A stretch of DNA of 64,000 nucleotides from Longimicrobiales bacterium (GCA_965219445.1 CBDCNQ010000005.1:512001-576000), one strand, 5' to 3'. Numbered from the stretch's first letter, positions 1 through 10,292 are shown. The notes: generated from the letters alone by a model not told the origin. A program made the numbers and translations.

Positions 1-2704
1 CCTGATCGTCGAACCGCCCCAGGAATTCCAACTGCCCATCTGAGCGCCACCGCACACGATCCCCCGTCACGTACAAACGCTCCCCCCTCTCGCCAAACGG
101 GTTCGGCACGAACCGCTCCGCTGTCAGGCCTGCTCGACCCCAGTACCCCCGAGCTAAACCCGCACCTCCGATGTACAACTCGCCCGCCACACCCACCGCC
201 ACCAACTGCATCCCCCCGTCCAGCACGTACAACGTCCATCCCGGTAATGGACGGCCGATCGCGCTGTGTCTCGTTGCACTCTCCTTAACATCCAATCTCT
301 TGAGCGTACTGTGGACAGTCGCTTCTGTGATCCCGTACATATTGCACAAGATCAGGTCGCTGTCCGCACGCTCCCGAAGCCAATCCTGAGTGCTCGTTAC
401 GTCCAGCGCTTCACCGCCCAGCACCACATATTTCACGCCACTTAGAAACGCCTCATCGCACTGACCATCGACGTTCCTGAGCTCCATGAACGCCGAAGGC
501 GTTTGGTTGACGATAGTAATTCCCTCGTCGCGAATAAACTCACCAAACGCTGTCGCCGACCTGCTTACCCAGAACGGCACAATGACCAGTCGAGATCCGT
601 GAAGCAGCGCGCCCCATATCTCCCACACGGAAAAGTCGAACGCATAGGAGTGGAATAGCGGCCAAGTATCCGATTCATCGAACCGAAAATGATGATCCGT
701 GGCCCTGAAGAGCCCCGCCACTGCACCGTGCGGGATCAGAACACCTTTCGGGGTACCCGTGGAGCCGGAGGTGTAGATGATATAGGCCAGGTTCTCGGGA
801 TCGACCGGCACCTGCAGATTCATCGTATCCGCGGTATCGAAGATCGGCTCCTCTCGATCGAGGTACACGACTTCCACGGCCAGTGACGGTACCCGGTCCA
901 CCAGACGCCGCTGCGTCAGTAATACCTCGACCTCACTGTCCTCCGCCATGAATGCCCGCCGCTTCGGCGGATAGTCAGGATCTAGTGGCACATACGCTCC
1001 GCCCGCCTTCAATGCCCCCAACATCCCCACTACCAACTCCATCCCACGCTCTACACACAGCCCTACCCGTACTTCCGGACCCACACCCAGCCGCCTCAGT
1101 TGATGCGCAACCTGATTCGCCCGCTCGTTCAGCTCTCTGTACGTATACCGCTCCCCCTCACACTCCACTGCAATCCCTTCCGGCGTTCGCTCCACCTGCC
1201 CTTCGAACAGCTCGTGAACACTCGCCTCCGGATACGATACCCCCGTCTCGTTCCACTCCTCCAACAGCTGCCGACGCTCGTCTTCACCCAGCATCGCCAT
1301 CTCATAAATCGGACACTCCACATCCTCCACCACACTCTCCAACAACCGCCCGTAATGTCCCATCATCCGCTCGATCGTCGCGCTATCGAACAGGTCCGTG
1401 CTGTATCCACAGCTGCCCACAACCGACCCGTCCTCCTTCTCCACAAGCATCGCAACCAGATCGAACTTGACGGACCGCCCTTTCGGGAGGGCGAAAGGGT
1501 ATCCGAACGAGGACCTTGCTTCAGAATGAGGTCGTACAGCTCTGAATCCAACAAACACCTGGAAGACCGGATTGTACGCCGGACTCCGTTCGACGTTGAG
1601 CTCCTCCACCAGCTTCGCGAACGGCAGATCCTGATGCTCGTACGCCTCCAGCGTCGTCTCACGAATCCGTCGCAGCACCTCCCGGAAGCTCGGCTCCCCC
1701 GACAGATCCGTCCGTAGCGCTAGCGTGTTGGTGAAGAACCCGATCAGTCCTTCGAATTCCTCTCGGCTACGGTTCGCGATCGATGTCCCGACGACGACAT
1801 CTTCCTGTCCCGAATACCGAGCCATCAGAACCTTGAACGCCGCCAGCAACACCATGAACAGCGTCGCACCTTCTTCCCGACCCAAAGCCCGCAAACCCTC
1901 CACCACCTCCGCTGGGATATCGAACCGCTCGCGCCCCCCTCGGTGACTCTGAACCGCCGACCGGGCTCGATCCGTCGGCAACTCCAACAACTCCGGAGCC
2001 CCCGATAACTTCCCCTTCCAGTACGTCAGCTGCCTCGCTAGCTCCCCACCCTCCAACCACTCTCGCTGCCACATGGCGTAGTCCGCATACTGCACCGGTA
2101 GCTCAGGCAATGGTGACGTCGCCGAACCACCCCCGTACGCCTCGTACAGCACACTCAACTCCCGGAACAGTACATCCATGCTCCATCCATCACTCACAAT
2201 GTGATGCATCGACAGAAGCAGGACATGCTCCGAATCGGACAACCTCAATAGCTCCGCCCGGAACAGTGGCCCTCGCTCCAGATCGAAGCCCCGCCCCGCC
2301 ATCTCCTCCGCCCGCTGCCGAATCTCCTCCTCCAACTCCGCCCCACCCAGACCCGTCAGATCCTCCCGCGGTAACTCCCACCCCCCAGCCTCTCCCACCA
2401 CCTGCCAAGGCTCCCCGTCAATCTCCACAAACGTCGTTCGCAACGACTCATGCCGACCGATCACCTCCCCAATCGCCCACTCTAACCCCCCAACATCCAA
2501 CACCCCAGACAGACGAACTCCAGATCTTAGTTTATACGCGTCGATTGTCTCACCTAGGGAATGTAGAAACCACAGGCCCGACTGGAGCGCACTAGTCGGT
2601 GCGAGGCGGATAGTGTGAGGCAGCCCGAGAAGTTCAGCGAAATCGACTCGTTTCACGGTGCCATTATAGTAGATGGTTTCTCTTCGCCGTTCCTGAAGAG
2701 GCAT
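1..2704 (-). CDS. NRPS gene 3 (C-A..., runs off the left edge); A domain predicted to activate Thr
   Basis: Not in the ORF track because it has no stop in the window; translated by hand from ATG 2704 (GTG 2722 possible). C-domain start APTSALQSGLWFL, MHHIVSDGWS, A3 YTSGSTGTPKG, FDFSVWEIWG, NQTPS, NMYGITEATVH. Pocket code read by eye as DFWNVGMVH(K), Thr-type. Confidence 0.9.
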   Translation of the reverse strand, partial: MPLQERRRETIYYNGTVKRVDFAELLGLPHTIRLAPTSALQSGLWFLHSLGETIDAYKLRSGVRLSGVLDVGGLEWAIGEVIGRHESLRTTFVEIDGEPWQVVGEAGGWELPREDLTGLGGAELEEEIRQRAEEMAGRGFDLERGPLFRAELLRLSDSEHVLLLSMHHIVSDGWSMDVLFRELSVLYEAYGGGSATSPLPELPVQYADYAMWQREWLEGGELARQLTYWKGKLSGAPELLELPTDRARSAVQSHRGGRERFDIPAEVVEGLRALGREEGATLFMVLLAAFKVLMARYSGQEDVVVGTSIANRSREEFEGLIGFFTNTLALRTDLSGEPSFREVLRRIRETTLEAYEHQDLPFAKLVEELNVERSPAYNPVFQVFVGFRAVRPHSEARSSFGYPFALPKGRSVKFDLVAMLVEKEDGSVVGSCGYSTDLFDSATIERMMGHYGRLLESVVEDVECPIYEMAMLGEDERRQLLEEWNETGVSYPEASVHELFEGQVERTPEGIAVECEGERYTYRELNERANQVAHQLRRLGVGPEVRVGLCVERGMELVVGMLGALKAGGAYVPLDPDYPPKRRAFMAEDSEVEVLLTQRRLVDRVPSLAVEVVYLDREEPIFDTADTMNLQVPVDPENLAYIIYTSGSTGTPKGVLIPHGAVAGLFRATDHHFRFDESDTWPLFHSYAFDFSVWEIWGALLHGSRLVIVPFWVSRSATAFGEFIRDEGITIVNQTPSAFMELRNVDGQCDEAFLSGVKYVVLGGEALDVTSTQDWLRERADSDLILCNMYGITEATVHSTLKRLDVKESATRHSAIGRPLPGWTLYVLDGGMQLVAVGVAGELYIGGAGLARGYWGRAGLTAERFVPNPFGERGERLYVTGDRVRWRSDGQLEFLGRFDDQ

Positions 2705-2734
2705 CGAATGGAGGTCGGACACGGGCTATCTAGC

Positions 2735-5527
2735 CTAGACATCCGGTGCACCTTGATCGGGCCTAACCCTTTTTCCCCTCACCTTCTCGATCACAAGCGC
2801 TTTCGCAGATTCGTCGAGTGCGGCCAGTCTCCGCTCGATGTCTTGCTCCAACCTCGTCTGCTTGGCGGTTACGGTGCTCGTCCTATAAGGGATGCTGATG
2901 ATATGCTGCCCCAATGACGCCACATCCGGGTGTTCGAACACTGCCACGAGGGAGACCTCCACACCAAGCTGGCTTCGGATACGCGTCTGGACCCGCGTGG
3001 CCAGAAGCGAATGGCCACCGAGTTCGAAGAAGTTGTCATGGATCCCGATTTCCTCGACCCCGAGAACCTCGCTCCAGATCTCGGCGATCACCTTTTCGAC
3101 CCGCGTCCGAGGCTCCACGTACTCGGCGAGTCCATCTCTTTGGTTCGTCGGCTCCGGTAGGCTGGCCCGGTCGATCTTGCCACTCGGGTTCAGTGGCAAC
3201 TCGTCCAGTGCCACCAAATAGTTCGGCACCATGAACTCAGGAAGTCGATCGCGCAGATACCGACGCACTTCGCCCGTCCCATCCGCCCTTCCCTCCAACA
3301 CCACATACCCAACCAGTTTTCGGTCCCCCTCCTCGTCCTCCTGCACTACCACCACCGCGTCACGCACCCGCTCGTGACCCATCAGCACCGACTCGACCTC
3401 GCCCGGCTCGATCCGAAATCCTCGCACCTTCACCTGATCGTCGAACCGCCCCAGGAATTCCAACTGCCCGTCTGAGCGCCACCGCACACGATCCCCCGTC
3501 ACGTACAAACGCTCCCCCCTCTCGCCAAACGGGTTCGGCACGAACCGCTCCGCTGTCAGGCCTGCTCGACCCCAGTACCCCCGAGCTAAACCCGCACCTC
3601 CGATGTACAACTCGCCCGCCACACCCACCGCCACCAACTGCATCCCCCCGTCCAGCACGTACAACCTCGTATTCGCAATCGGCTTACCAATCGGTGGGAG
3701 GGAGTGACCACCAAAATCCTCAATCCGCATCCGCCACTGGGTTACAACGTGCGTTTCGGTGGGCCCGTAGTGATTCACGATGTGGGAGCAGAAGGCATGG
3801 AGGAGCTGGCGGTGGAGGTCAGCGGAAAGAGTCAGCCGTTCTCCGGCGAACACGATTGTCTCCAAAGCCAACCCGTGACGGCCCTGCTCTCTCACGAGAT
3901 CACATAGATGCCTAAACTTCGATGGGGTCGTGAATATCCACGACCTTAGTTTCTCAGAGCTCTTGCCGAGAACCTCTGCCACCCGGGCCAACTCTGCATC
4001 CTCGCTTGCGTTCAGGCATCCCCCGGCCAGCAGAGGGGTGATAACCTCCTGAACCGATACATCAAAGCTCACCGTAGACGTCTGCCATACGTGAATTGGC
4101 GCCTCGGAGGCAAGCACCGATACCTGCCACTGCAAGAGATTGGCTAATCCGACGTGCCGGTACGAAACGCCTTTCGGGGTACCCGTGGAGCCGGAGGTGT
4201 AGATGATATAGGCCAGGTTCTCGGGATCGACCGGCACCTGCAGATTCATCGTATCCGCGGTATCGAAGATCGGCTCCTCTCGATCGAGGTACACGACTTC
4301 CACGGCCAGTGACGGTACCCGGTCCACCAGACGCCGCTGCGTCAGTAATACCTCGACCTCACTGTCCTCCGCCATGAATGCCAGCCGCTTCGGCGGATAG
4401 TCAGGATCTAGTGGCACATACGCTCCGCCCGCCTTCAATACCCCCAACATCCCCACTACCAACTCCATCCCACGCTCTACACACAGCCCTACCCGTACTT
4501 CCGGACCCACACCCAGCCGCCTCAGTTGATGCGCAACCTGATTCGCCCGCTCGTTCAGCTCTCTGTACGTATACCGCTCCCCCTCACACTCCACTGCAAT
4601 CCCTTCCGGCGTTCGCTCCACCTGCCCTTCGAACAGCTCGTGAACACTCGCCTCCGGATACGATACCCCCGTCTCGTTCCACTCCTCCAACAGCTGCCGA
4701 CGCTCGTCTTCACCCAGCATCGCCATCTCATAAATCGGACACTCCACATCCTCCACCACACTCTCCAACAACCGCCCGTAATGTCCCATCATCCGCTCGA
4801 TCGTCGCGCTATCGAACAGGTCCGTGCTGTATCTACAGCTGCCCACAACCGACCCGTCCTCCTTCTCCACAAGCATCGCAACCAGATCGAACTTGGCAGT
4901 GTGACTGTCTGTCGAAACCGACGTCGCCTCCAGTTCACCCAGCTTGAGCGCTCGCTTCTCCGGACTGCGGAGCGTGAACATCACCTGGAAGACCGGATGA
5001 TGTGCCAGACTCCGTTCGACGTTGAGCTCCTCGACCAGCTTCTCGAACGGCAGATCCTGATGCTCGTACGCGTCTAGCGTCGTCTCACGAACCCGTCGCA
5101 GCACCTCCCGGAAGCTTGGCTCCCCCGATAGATCCGTCCGTAGCGCTAGCGTGTTCAGGAAGAACCCGATCAGTCCTTCGAATTCCTCTCGGCTACGGTT
5201 CGCGATCACAGTCCCGACGACGACATCTTCCTGTCCCGAATACCGAGCCATCAGAACCTTGAACGCCGCCAGCAACACCATGAACAGCGTCGCACCTTCT
5301 TCCCGACCCAAAGCCCGCAAACCCTCCACCACCTCCGCTGGGATATCGAACCGCTCGCGCCCCCCTCGGTGACTCTGAACCGCCGACCGGGCTCGATCCG
5401 TCGGCAACTCCAACAACTCCGGAGCCCCCGATAACTTCCCCTTCCAGTAATCCACTTGTTTGCCTAACTCACGCTGCCGGTTCTGGCCCTCCATGTCGGC
5501 ATCCTCCGCCAAGATCTGCCGATTCAT
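2735..5527 (-). CDS. NRPS gene 2: half C domain (C-terminal lobe only)-A-PCP; A domain predicted to activate Pro or a Pro analogue
   Basis: 930 aa. Begins at YWKGKLSGAPELLELPTD with no HHxxxDG. FDVSVQE, NHYGPTETHVV give pocket code DVQFVAHVV(K), Pro-type. PCP DNFFELGGHSLL. Confidence 0.92.
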   Translation of the reverse strand: MNRQILAEDADMEGQNRQRELGKQVDYWKGKLSGAPELLELPTDRARSAVQSHRGGRERFDIPAEVVEGLRALGREEGATLFMVLLAAFKVLMARYSGQEDVVVGTVIANRSREEFEGLIGFFLNTLALRTDLSGEPSFREVLRRVRETTLDAYEHQDLPFEKLVEELNVERSLAHHPVFQVMFTLRSPEKRALKLGELEATSVSTDSHTAKFDLVAMLVEKEDGSVVGSCRYSTDLFDSATIERMMGHYGRLLESVVEDVECPIYEMAMLGEDERRQLLEEWNETGVSYPEASVHELFEGQVERTPEGIAVECEGERYTYRELNERANQVAHQLRRLGVGPEVRVGLCVERGMELVVGMLGVLKAGGAYVPLDPDYPPKRLAFMAEDSEVEVLLTQRRLVDRVPSLAVEVVYLDREEPIFDTADTMNLQVPVDPENLAYIIYTSGSTGTPKGVSYRHVGLANLLQWQVSVLASEAPIHVWQTSTVSFDVSVQEVITPLLAGGCLNASEDAELARVAEVLGKSSEKLRSWIFTTPSKFRHLCDLVREQGRHGLALETIVFAGERLTLSADLHRQLLHAFCSHIVNHYGPTETHVVTQWRMRIEDFGGHSLPPIGKPIANTRLYVLDGGMQLVAVGVAGELYIGGAGLARGYWGRAGLTAERFVPNPFGERGERLYVTGDRVRWRSDGQLEFLGRFDDQVKVRGFRIEPGEVESVLMGHERVRDAVVVVQEDEEGDRKLVGYVVLEGRADGTGEVRRYLRDRLPEFMVPNYLVALDELPLNPSGKIDRASLPEPTNQRDGLAEYVEPRTRVEKVIAEIWSEVLGVEEIGIHDNFFELGGHSLLATRVQTRIRSQLGVEVSLVAVFEHPDVASLGQHIISIPYRTSTVTAKQTRLEQDIERRLAALDESAKALVIEKVRGKRVRPDQGAPDV

Positions 5528-8500
5528 TGTGACTGTTCCCGACTCCCCAATCGCTTGAGAAGTTCCTCAGCAAACGTTGGATCAAGAGAATGCATCTGAC
5601 TTGCAATCTCATCAATCATTCCTGCCTGATCACGCGTGGCAGGCGACGGCACCGATGACACATCTCGCAGAGGGCGACTCATTGCGTGCATCTCATAAAT
5701 CGGACGCTCCACATCCTCCTCCACACTCTCCAACAACCGCCCGTAGTGTCCCATCATCCGCTCGATCGTCGCGCTATCGAACAGGTCCGTGCTGTATCTA
5801 CAGCTGCCCACAACCGACCCGTCCTCCTTCTCCACAAGCATCGCAACCAGATCGAACTTGGCAGTGTGACTGTCTGTCGAAACCGACGTCGCCTCCAGTT
5901 CACCCAGCTTGAGCGCTCGCTTCTCCGGACTGCGGAGCGTGAACATCACCTGGAAGACCGGATGATGTGCCAGACTCCGTTCGACGTTGAGCTCCTCGAC
6001 CAGCTTCTCGAACGGCAGATTCTGATGCTCGTACGCGTCTAGCGTCGTCTCACGAACCCGTCGCAGCACCTCCCGGAAGCTTGGCTCCCCCGATAGATCC
6101 GTCCGTAGCGCTAGCGTGTTCAGGAAGAACCCGATCAGTCCTTCGAATTCCTCTCGGCTACGGTTCGCGATCACAGTCCCGACGACGACATCTTCCTGTC
6201 CCGAATACCGAGCCATCAGAACCTTGAACGCCGCCAGCAACACCATGAACAGCGTCGCACCTTCTTCCCGACCCAAAGCCCGCAAACCCTCCACCACCTC
6301 CGCTGGGATATCGAACCGCTCGCGCCCCCCTCGGTGACTCTGAACCGCCGGCCGGGCTCGATCCGTCGGCAACTCCAACAACTCCGGAGCCCCCGATAAC
6401 TTCCCCTTCCAGTACGTCAGCTGCCTCGCTAGCTCCCCACCCTCCAACCACTCTCGCTGCCACATGGCGTAGTCCGCATACTGCACCGGTAGCTCAGGCA
6501 ATGGTGACGTCGCCGAACCACCCCCGTACGCCTCGTACAGCACACTCAACTCCCGGAACAGTACATCCATGCTCCATCCATCACTCACAATGTGATGCAT
6601 CGACAGAAGCAGGACATGCTCCGAATCGGACAACCTCAATAGCTCCGCCCGGAACAGTGGCCCTCGCTCCAGATCGAAGCCCCGCCCCGCCATCTCCTCC
6701 GCCCGCCGCCGAATCTCCTCCTCCAACTCCGCCCCACCCAGACCCGTCAGATCCTCCCGCGGTAACTCCCACCCCCCAGCCTCTCCCACCACCTGCCAAG
6801 GCTCCCCGTCAATCTCCACAAACGTCGTTCGCAACGACTCATGCCGACCGATCACCTCCCCAATCGCCCACTCTAACCCCCCAACATCCAACACCCCAGA
6901 CAGACGAATTCCCTTCGACACGGTGTAAAACGCATCGCCAGGATACATACGATCCAAAAACCACAGCCGCTCCTGTGCGCGCGAAAGCCACAAACGCTCC
7001 TCGCCCGGGGCTCGCCTCACCCCGCCCTCCTCGACGACCAGCCCACACTCGGCATCCTGCGCAAGAGACGCCACCTCAGGGCTCTCGAACATCCTCCGGA
7101 GCGGGACCTCCACACCAAGCTGGCTTCGGATACGCGTCTGGACCCGCGTGGCCAGAAGCGAATGGCCACCGAGTTCGAAGAAGTTGTCATGGATCCCGAT
7201 TTCCTCGACCCCGAGAACCTCGCTCCAGATCTCGGCGATCACCTTTTCGACCCGCGTCCGAGGCTCCACGTACTCGGCGAGTCCATCTCTTTGGTTCGTC
7301 GGCTCCGGTAGGCTGGCCCGGTCGATCTTGCCACTCGGGTTCAGTGGCAACTCGTCCAGTGCCACCAAATAGTTCGGCACCATGAACTCAGGAAGTCGAT
7401 CGCGCAGATACCGACGCACTTCGCCCGTCCCATCCGCCCTTCCCTCCAACACCACATACCCAACCAGTTTTCGGTCCCCCTCCTCGTCCTCCTGCACTAC
7501 CACCACCGCGTCACGCACCCGCTCGTGACCCATCAGCACCGACTCGACCTCGCCCGGCTCGATCCGAAATCCTCGCACCTTCACCTGATCGTCGAACCGC
7601 CCCAGGAATTCCAACTGCCCATCTGAGCGCCACCGCACACGATCCCCCGTCACGTACAAACGCTCCCCCCTCTCGCCAAACGGGTTCGGCACGAACCGCT
7701 CCGCTGTCAGGCCTGCTCGACCCCAGTACCCCCGAGCTAAACCCGCACCTCCGATGTACAACTCGCCCGCCACACCCACCGCCACCAACTGCATCCCCCC
7801 GTCCAGCACGTACAACCTCGTATTCGCAATCGGCTTACCAATCGGTGGCTCTTTAGAGCCACGCTCGCAGCGAGCTGACGTTACATTGACAGATGCCTCG
7901 GTTGGACCGTAGAGATTGAACATTCGACGACCCGTCCCCCATCTCCGAACCAATTCCTCGGGGCAACGTTCTCCGCCAACCAGCAGCGTCGTCAGATCTT
8001 CGAATTCGACCTCCGGTAGGTGGCTGCACACGGTAGGTGGCAACTTGGCGTTCGTGATGCAGTGCTTGCGCAAGAAGTCGACAAGCCCCCGTCCGGGCAG
8101 CAGGGCCTCTCCCACCGCAATATGCAAGGTAGCCCCCGAGTGGATCGCCATCGAAATCTCTGCAATCGCCGCGTCGAAGCCAAACGACGCAAATTGGAGG
8201 ACCGCCGTCCTCGGTCCCGTGTCGAACCTGTCTATCCGATCCAAACTCACATTGGATATGCCCCTGTGCGGGATCAGAACACCTTTCGGGGTACCCGTGG
8301 AGCCGGAGGTGTAGATGATATAGGCCAGGTTCTCGGGATCGACCGGCACCTGCAGATTCATCGTATCCGCGGTATCGAAGATCGGCTCCTCTCGATCGAG
8401 GTACACGACTTCCACGGCCAGTGACGGTACCCGGTCCACCAGACGCCGCTGCGTCAGTAATACCTCGACCTCACTGTCCTCCGCCATGAATGCCAGCCGC

Positions 8501-9624
8501 TTCGGCGGATAGTCAGGATCTAGTGGCACATACGCTCCGCCCGCCTTCAATACCCCCAACATCCCCACTACCAACTCCATCCCACGCTCTACACACAGCC
8601 CTACCCGTACTTCCGGACCCACACCCAGCCGCCTCAGTTGATGCGCAACCTGATTCGCCCGCTCGTTCAGCTCTCTGTACGTATACCGCTCCCCCTCACA
8701 CTCCACTGCAATCCCTTCCGGCGTTCGCTCCACCTGCCCTTCGAACAGCTCGTGAACACTCGCCTCCGGATACGATACCCCCGTCTCGTTCCACTCCTCC
8801 AACAGCTGCCGACGCTCGTCTTCACCCAGCATCGCCATCTCATAAATCGGACACTCCACATCCTCCACCACACTCTCCAACAACCGCCCGTAATGTCCCA
8901 TCATCCGCTCGATCGTCGCGCTATCGAACAGGTCCGTGCTGTATCCACAGCTGCCCACAACCGACCCGTCCTCCTTCTCCACAAGCATCGCAACCAGATC
9001 GAACTTGGCAGTGTGACTGTCTGTCGAAACCGACGTCGCCTCCAGTTCACCCAGCTTGAGCGCTCGCTTCTCCGGACTGCGGAGCGTGAACATCACCTGG
9101 AAGACCGGATGATGTGCCAGACTCCGTTCGACGTTGAGCTCCTCGACCAGCTTCTCGAACGGCAGATCCTGATGCTCGTACGCGTCTAGCGTCGTCTCAC
9201 GAACCCGTCGCAGCACCTCCCGGAAGCTTGGCTCCCCCGATAGATCCGTCCGTAGCGCTAGCGTGTTCAGGAAGAACCCGATCAGTCCTTCGAATTCCTC
9301 TCGGCTACGGTTCGCGATCACAGTCCCGACGACGACATCTTCCTGTCCCGAATACCGAGCCATCAGAACCTTGAACGCCGCCAGCAACACCATGAACAGC
9401 GTCGCACCTTCTTCCCGACCCAAAGCCCGCAAACCCTCCACCACCTCCGCTGGGATATCGAACCGCTCGCGCCCCCCTCGGTGACTCTGAACCGCCGACC
9501 GGGCTCGATCCGTCGGCAACTCCAACAACTCCGGAGCCCCCGATAACTTCCCCTTCCAGTACGTCAGCTGCCTCATCACTCGTTGCATGTCAGAAGGTCG
9601 CGATTTCGGCCTGGCGGAGCGCAT
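5524..9624 (-). CDS. NRPS gene 1: half C domain-A-PCP-C
   Basis: 1366 aa. N-terminal half C domain, A domain (FDAAIAEI, NLYGPTEASVNV), PCP GGHSLL, full terminal C domain with MHHIVSDGWS. 4-nt ATGA overlap with gene 2. Confidence 0.92.
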   Translation of the reverse strand: MRSARPKSRPSDMQRVMRQLTYWKGKLSGAPELLELPTDRARSAVQSHRGGRERFDIPAEVVEGLRALGREEGATLFMVLLAAFKVLMARYSGQEDVVVGTVIANRSREEFEGLIGFFLNTLALRTDLSGEPSFREVLRRVRETTLDAYEHQDLPFEKLVEELNVERSLAHHPVFQVMFTLRSPEKRALKLGELEATSVSTDSHTAKFDLVAMLVEKEDGSVVGSCGYSTDLFDSATIERMMGHYGRLLESVVEDVECPIYEMAMLGEDERRQLLEEWNETGVSYPEASVHELFEGQVERTPEGIAVECEGERYTYRELNERANQVAHQLRRLGVGPEVRVGLCVERGMELVVGMLGVLKAGGAYVPLDPDYPPKRLAFMAEDSEVEVLLTQRRLVDRVPSLAVEVVYLDREEPIFDTADTMNLQVPVDPENLAYIIYTSGSTGTPKGVLIPHRGISNVSLDRIDRFDTGPRTAVLQFASFGFDAAIAEISMAIHSGATLHIAVGEALLPGRGLVDFLRKHCITNAKLPPTVCSHLPEVEFEDLTTLLVGGERCPEELVRRWGTGRRMFNLYGPTEASVNVTSARCERGSKEPPIGKPIANTRLYVLDGGMQLVAVGVAGELYIGGAGLARGYWGRAGLTAERFVPNPFGERGERLYVTGDRVRWRSDGQLEFLGRFDDQVKVRGFRIEPGEVESVLMGHERVRDAVVVVQEDEEGDRKLVGYVVLEGRADGTGEVRRYLRDRLPEFMVPNYLVALDELPLNPSGKIDRASLPEPTNQRDGLAEYVEPRTRVEKVIAEIWSEVLGVEEIGIHDNFFELGGHSLLATRVQTRIRSQLGVEVPLRRMFESPEVASLAQDAECGLVVEEGGVRRAPGEERLWLSRAQERLWFLDRMYPGDAFYTVSKGIRLSGVLDVGGLEWAIGEVIGRHESLRTTFVEIDGEPWQVVGEAGGWELPREDLTGLGGAELEEEIRRRAEEMAGRGFDLERGPLFRAELLRLSDSEHVLLLSMHHIVSDGWSMDVLFRELSVLYEAYGGGSATSPLPELPVQYADYAMWQREWLEGGELARQLTYWKGKLSGAPELLELPTDRARPAVQSHRGGRERFDIPAEVVEGLRALGREEGATLFMVLLAAFKVLMARYSGQEDVVVGTVIANRSREEFEGLIGFFLNTLALRTDLSGEPSFREVLRRVRETTLDAYEHQNLPFEKLVEELNVERSLAHHPVFQVMFTLRSPEKRALKLGELEATSVSTDSHTAKFDLVAMLVEKEDGSVVGSCRYSTDLFDSATIERMMGHYGRLLESVEEDVERPIYEMHAMSRPLRDVSSVPSPATRDQAGMIDEIASQMHSLDPTFAEELLKRLGSREQSQ

Positions 9625-10076
9625 CGAACTGCCAAGGGTTCCGTGTGGCGTCGGGTCGACTCACTAGAAAGGGGCCCCACAAACTCTCGCTCTCGCCCCC
9701 GAGTTGAACCCTCTCGCGAGACCAATTCAGCCTTCCCAGTGGTGGTATTTGCAAGCCGCAAGCTCCTGACCTTGGATCGCAGAAAACGCGGATGAATCGA
9801 CCGGGTATCATGTAGAAAGGCAGCAGGCCCTCCAATCCGCTCCGGCAAATTGACGATACTTGCTCCCGCGGGCGGTCCGAGACATGCCGGCCGGAGTGCG
9901 CTGAGCCTGCCTGTCCAATAGCTCGTGTAGAAGAAGGTTTCTCCGCATCCGTCACATCACGTCAAATGCACCGCGGAGCCGCCATCGCCGCCTCGCGATC
10001 GTAGGTCATGTCTCCCGACCGGAAGCCCTCCCGAAGCATGGACGGCACAAACTTTTCACGTCCTAGGAGGCTTGGA

Positions 10077-10292
10077 TCACGCACCCTCCGGAGTTGATTC
10101 CTCCATCTTCCGTCGCAGCGAAAGTGGGCGCATATCGGTCCACACTTCGCTGATATAAGCCAGGCACTCCTCCTTGCTCCCCCGCTTCCCTGCATCCCGC
10201 CACCCAGGAGCGTTTTCACGCTCCGCGAACCAGATGGAGTACTGCTCCTCTTGGTTGATCACAACTCGATAGACCCTGCCCTCTTCACTCAT
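10077..10292 (-). CDS. mbtH: MbtH-like protein
   Basis: NQEEQYSIW...PGWR...[17 protein letters not shown] is the MbtH signature; start taken at ATG 10292. Confidence 0.95.
   Translation of the reverse strand: MSEEGRVYRVVINQEEQYSIWFAERENAPGWRDAGKRGSKEECLAYISEVWTDMRPLSLRRKMEESTPEGA

Larger units (their letters stand above)
1..9575 (-). repeat. Near-identical repeats of NRPS module segments (C-lobe x4, A-domain flanks x3, PCP x2, C N-lobe x2)
   Basis: Direct comparison: 745-1465, 4170-4890 and 8282-9005 are almost identical; 2030-2515 matches 6410-6905; 2955-3697 matches 7106-7848. Confidence 0.95.

Noticed and set aside
171..9484. Many plus-strand Pro/Ser/Thr-rich ORFs repeated three or four times
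   Set aside because: They are antisense shadows of the G-rich NRPS repeats.
1..9624. NRPS repeats with variable blocks as a diversity-generating retroelement
   Set aside because: No reverse transcriptase is present, and the variable blocks are wholly different sequences rather than adenine-specific variants of a template.
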